A stretch of DNA of 64,000 nucleotides from the human T2T-CHM13v2.0 reference genome, Homo sapiens. The stretch lies in assembly GCF_009914755.1 (NCBI RefSeq), contig NC_060932.1; one strand, 5' to 3'. The notes below the pieces were generated by a model. That model was not told the DNA's origin. It saw only the letters and a program-made list of their open reading frames with translations, and ran no database searches. Positions 58,680-64,000 of this stretch are shown piece after piece (position 1 is the first letter of the stretch; every line of letters starts with the position of its first letter). The position numbers and the translations under genes are program-made.

Positions 58680-59920
58680 TTTACTCTTAGCCCTGACCTC
58701 CCACTCTGAGCTAGAGTCATTTATCCCACTGACTACCTGACATCTCCACTTGTGTCTCTTGCAGGCAGCTACAAATTCAGCGTTTCCAATGGAAAACTCA
58801 TGATTTCCTGCTCTGCTTCCAAGATCTGTCCCTCTTCCATCTCAGTAAAAGAAACCATCATGAATCCAAAAACCTAGGAGTCATCCTAAATCATTGCCTT
58901 TTGCTCAATCCCTCCCTCCCCCTACCTTTCCATATACACATCCAATCTGTCACCTAGACCCATAAGCACATTCTCCAAAGGATGTCATGAGCTGGATAAT
59001 TTATATCCATCTCTCTGGTCACTCTCCTAATCCGACCACCATTATCTTTCCCTGGACTACTAGAAGCAAGCTGAATGTGTCTCCCTACTGCCACTCCTGT
59101 TTTCCCATGATCCATTCTGCACAAAGCAGCCAGCCAGTGTCATATTTGTGTGGCAGGGGAGAGACGGGGGGAGAGACAAGGGGAAGATGCAGAGTCTCAC
59201 TATGTTACCCAGGCTGGTTTCAAACTCTTAGCCTCAGGCAGTCCTTCCACCTCAGCCTCCCAAAGTGCTGGGATTATAGGCATGAGCCACTGTGCCCAGC
59301 CATGGTCATATTTTAAAACAAACTCAGATAATCTCTGTCTCCAGTGTGAATAAATCTCAGTGGCTTCCCATTGCACTTAAAATAAAATCCAAACTCCTTG
59401 TTCTTCCCCTCCATCATCTAAGGTCATCATCAACCAGCCATGGGCTTCTCTCTCTCCATCATGCACCTCCTTTCTCACTAGCTGAAGCCACATTGGTCTC
59501 CTTTCGGTTCTTCAAACACCTCAAGCTCTTTCCAGCTTGCAGCTTTTTGTACTTGCTATTCCCTCTGCCTGGAATACTGATACCAAAGCTCTCCAGCGCC
59601 TCAAGTAACTGATTCTTTTGAAGACTTCAGGTTTTGACTTAAATTCTACCTGCCTTCCCTGGCCTTCTCTGGCCACTTGTTCATAAGGACATCCCGATTT
59701 ACCCTCAATTACCTCATTACACTCATTTCCTTCCCAGAACTTCATCACAATCTGCTATGATGTGGGCTGTGTATCGACCTGCTGGTTTAGTGTCTCTCTT
59801 GCCCAGTAGAATGTAACCCCATGACAGCAGGGCCATATCTGTCTTCTTCATCATGCTATCCTCAGTGTCTAGAACACTGCCTAGAGTATAGTAGAGGCTC
59901 AATAAGTAATTGTTAAATAA
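58680..59920. mobile_element. L2 (about 1.2 kb) interrupted by an Alu monomer at about 59190-59301
   Basis: 'ctacctgacatctccacttg', 'cagtggcttcccattgcacttaaaataaaatccaaactcctt', 'gctattccctctgcctggaa', and 3' end 'ctcaataagtaattgttaaataaatg'. Confidence 0.8.
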
Positions 59921-60244
59921 ATGTATAAATTATAAATTTCTCAACGACTATAACTTTATTATTAAAATGAAATAAGTGCAAAATAGAAATGTAAATAACT
60001 CTGGGAGTGGTAGAGTAAAATGTGAGGGTATAGAGGGCCCCAAACTGCCTATCTTTGTTTGGTTACCACATGCAATATACACATGCAACATCAAAAGCTC
60101 TCATCCACCAGAATCCATGAAGAAGGAACTAGTTATAAGCAGAGATGGGCTAGGAGACATACTTGAGAGGAATTGAGCTTGATTGTGAGCCTGCCAGTAG
60201 TGGATTATTTGAGGGACTCGATGTTGATCAAGTTAGGGAAGAGG

Positions 60245-60924
<680 letters not shown>

Positions 60925-60925
<1 letters not shown>

Positions 60926-61347
60926 CTTCACACTGTCAAAAACTTACTGAGGATTGTAAAGAACTATTGTTTATATAAGTTATATCCATTGGTTCATCAC
61001 CGTTTTAGAAATTTAAACTGAGAAATTAAAAAAGTATTTTATCTATTTTAAACTAATAGCAATAGACCCATTACATGTTAAATTTTAACATATATTTTAC
61101 GAAAACCAGCTATATTTTCCAAAAGAAAACATTACTAAAAAGAGCAGTTTTGTTTTATATTTTTGTAAATCTCTTAAATGTTTGGCCAAATAACAGACAG
61201 CTAGATTCTCAGATCTGCTTCTGCGTTTAATTTGTTGCGATATCACACTTGGAAAACTCCACTGTAAACCCAGAAGAGAATGAGAAGGAGACCTCGTGAA
61301 CCCCCTGAGAAAACCTCAGGGACCCCTAATGGTCCGAGGACCACACT
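60925..61347. mobile_element. Charlie1-like hAT DNA transposon remnant
   Basis: 'ttgtttatataagttatatc...tagaaatttaaactgagaaatt...cagctagattctcagatctgcttctgc...ggtccgaggaccacact'. Confidence 0.7.
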
Positions 61348-61369
61348 ACCTCCTGTCATTTCCTGCACA

Positions 61370-61720
61370 CACAAGGCTGTTTTTCTAAAGGCTGTGAGTC
61401 TCCTTCCCATCCCATCCTTCACTGGTGAACTTCTGCTTTTCCTTTAAGACTCAGATGTGGCTTATTCCAGAAAGTCTCTCCTGAGCCCTGCAGTCTGACT
61501 CAGGTGCTCTTCCTCAAGTTTATGGCAGCATATTCTCTTTCTTGATGGCTCTTGCACTCTCTCTGCTCACGTTGCTCTGCACACTGAATTTACTTCTCTG
61601 CTTAGGCCTCCATCAACCCAGCACATTGTGAACTACCTGAGGATGAAAACCACGTCCTAGTCATCTCTATGGCCCCGCAGATGTGGTGTGCTATAAATGT
61701 TGACTGAATATAAAGTAAAT
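61370..61720. mobile_element. L2 fragment
   Basis: 'tcctttaagactcag...tgtgaactacctgagg...ataaatgttgactgaat'. Confidence 0.55.
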
Positions 61721-62109
61721 GAATCCTTCCTACTGGCAATATGAACACCAGCATGAGGGAACAGAACACAGGGACTTAGGTGGGCAGGTCCTGCTGTTAC
61801 AGGATTTGCTTCTTCCCATCTGGCCCAGTCCCAAGCAAAGGCCTTTATCATTTCCACTGGGTGGCCATGCTCAGCGTACATGATTTCTGGTTCTGGAGAA
61901 TGCTGGATAGCTGCTGAGCAGAAGAAATGCCCACAGCCTCCTGAGAGTCATGGGTCTCCCCATTCTGTCAGGTGTTCTGCAGTACTTTGTGGATGCCATG
62001 CGAGGATCAGATGGCACAGGACACAACACATGTTTATATTTCCCATCTACCTTGCATCCTGGCTTAAAGGAGCAAGTAGAGAAACATATGGAAATCCAAT
62101 GATGAAAAG

Positions 62110-62616
62110 TGTTAAAGTAAAACATTATTCAATGATTCTTGTTAAAGCACAGTAAGATAGACTTTATTCAGGACCATTGCAATAGGTATTGGAACCAATA
62201 CAACAGGATTCTGCAGCGGGAGAGAGAGATTGGGCTCAACTCTGAATACAGCATGGGCAAGTGGAAGTTTATAGCCAAAGAGCACCCAGTTTTTCAGTAG
62301 GTGGAAAATTACTGAGATAACACTGCGGTAAGAAAGATTCTGGCTAAACTGACCTACCAGAATTCTTTCTGAAGACAGGCCAAGGTGATCCTTCATTACC
62401 TGTGGGATGGTGGAGGATGAAAAATCTGATCAGATATCAAGAGTGAGCAGATATCAAAAGGATGAATGTTCTTGCTAAACTGATTTAGCAGAGTTCTTGC
62501 TAAACTGATTTAGCAGAGTTCTTGCTAAAATTAGATTTTATAAGGAAGTGCACAGATGGACCTAGCAGAAGCTCAGGAGCCTGACTAAAGTGTGGTCAAG
62601 CAAATAATCTTTGTCA
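62110..62616 (-). mobile_element. ERV1 solo LTR (MER31-like) with 4-bp TSD AAAG
   Basis: TG...CA termini at 62110 and 62616. AAAG on both flanks. Body 'gactttattcaggacc...aaggaagtgcacagatgg...gcctgactaaag'. Confidence 0.8.
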
Positions 62617-63199
62617 AAAGTTAGCCACATGCTTGCAGTTGGAATTTGCATAAGGTCTTAATACAATTTCTAGAAAATGTCGGTGAGTTTAACCAGCAAT
62701 TATGTTGACTTGCACCCAAACAAATGTGGAAAAGACAGGTAATGCACAATTGCTTTCATTTCATGGTTCACATTTGGGTCCATGTCTATCAGGTTCGATG
62801 AGTGGACTTCTCCCCCATCAAAGGGCACCTTGATTGCTTCAACTGCATGGCTCAAAATCCACTGTAAGTCCCAAGAAATGGAAGATTCAGCCATGTCAGG
62901 CCTCACACAAAAAGGTAGCCTAAGTAAACATTCATAACTAAGAAACTCCTCATATACCTGTCTGCCTACTAGTCTATCAAAACACTAAATTAGATGCATA
63001 CAATTATAAAATATATTCCAGGGCATAAAAGGGTTGGCAGAGGATCAATGTCAGGTGTGGCAACTACCAAAAATGCAACCCCTAACTGGGAAGTGTGATT
63101 GACCAAGGGACCCAACTCTGAAATCCACTGCTGCATTTGTGTAGAGACCATGCTTCTCACGGGCTGTTCTGGTATCAGGAATACCACGGCCAATCTATT

Positions 63200-63484
63200 T
63201 CTTGGCAACACCGAACTCCTGTGATAGCCAACTGTGGTTCAGAGACTCACCAGCAGCCGTAATGGGCCTTCCTTAGGCTGCACAACTACGTAGGATGCTT
63301 CTACCTGACTTTCCTCCCCTCTCTCCTTCACCTGTGGGCAAACTTGTTTCATCGTCTGCCAACTGCCCCAAGATGTTCCATCTCTCTCTCCATTTTTTCT
63401 AACACAGGCCTTTCCCCTAAGAAAATTCTCGCACACTTAATCCTGTCTCGGCATCTGCTTCTTGGGAAATCTGGACTAATACAC
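63200..63484 (+). mobile_element. ERVL LTR fragment (LTR33/LTR16-like)
   Basis: 3' end 'ttaatcctgtctcggcatctgcttcttgggaaatctggactaataca'. Confidence 0.6.
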
Positions 63485-64000
63485 CAGGCAGGATCAGGTA
63501 CCATGTTTGGGAAAGAAAAACAAACTGGAAAATTGTCACAGCTTCATCCCTTTCTAGTTGTGTCAAGCTACTTCTAAAAACCTCATTTCCTCATCTGCCA
63601 AATGAATTAGCTGGATTAGGTATCTCTAAAGTCTCTTCTAGCTTCGACCTCTTGGATTCTGTAGCTCCCATTCTGTCATTTATGACCACAGGTTACCAGC
63701 ATCCTAGGAGACAGTGTCTCTCAGCACAATTGGCTTATTCTACTTACGGAGTCTCAGGTGAGGAGTTACATTTCCATACACTGCTCTTGGACAAGAGAAA
63801 GCTGTGAGGTAGCCAAAAACTGAGCAAGTAGAGTAAGGGCATCCCTGGCTAGGCCCCCACAGAGAACTGAGTGAGTGGAACACATCTTTTATAGTCCAAG
63901 TTGCAGTATTAGAGCCTCAAGGCCAAGAGCTCACCTTGAAACCAGAGCCAAGGTATGCTAGCAAGCTTGAAGACGTCCTGCCACGTCAGAAGGAGATAGT

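Overview
Primate (human-like) nuclear DNA, intergenic or intronic. I find no credible protein-coding gene, structural RNA gene or CRISPR/prokaryotic feature. The listed ORFs are Alu read-throughs, L1 ORF2 C-terminal remnants or chance frames. The window is dominated by interspersed repeats: about 29 Alu/FLAM pieces, several L1 3' fragments, many MaLR/ERVL/ERV1 solo LTRs, MIR/L2 relics and a few DNA-transposon remnants. Repeat families were recognised by eye from memory of consensus sequences, so subfamily names and many boundaries are approximate. The most unusual signal is a set of short locally templated insertions and fold-back inversions between about 18 and 48 kb. Three 58-240 bp segments are copied from templates 1-2.6 kb away into the middle of other repeats, one of them from two templates in opposite orientations, and several repeat junctions carry near-perfect hairpins. 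These look like fossil template-switch DNA repair events. Whether their density is abnormal needs a genome-wide comparison. A few unique, motif-rich stretches are candidate enhancers or lncRNA exons only.
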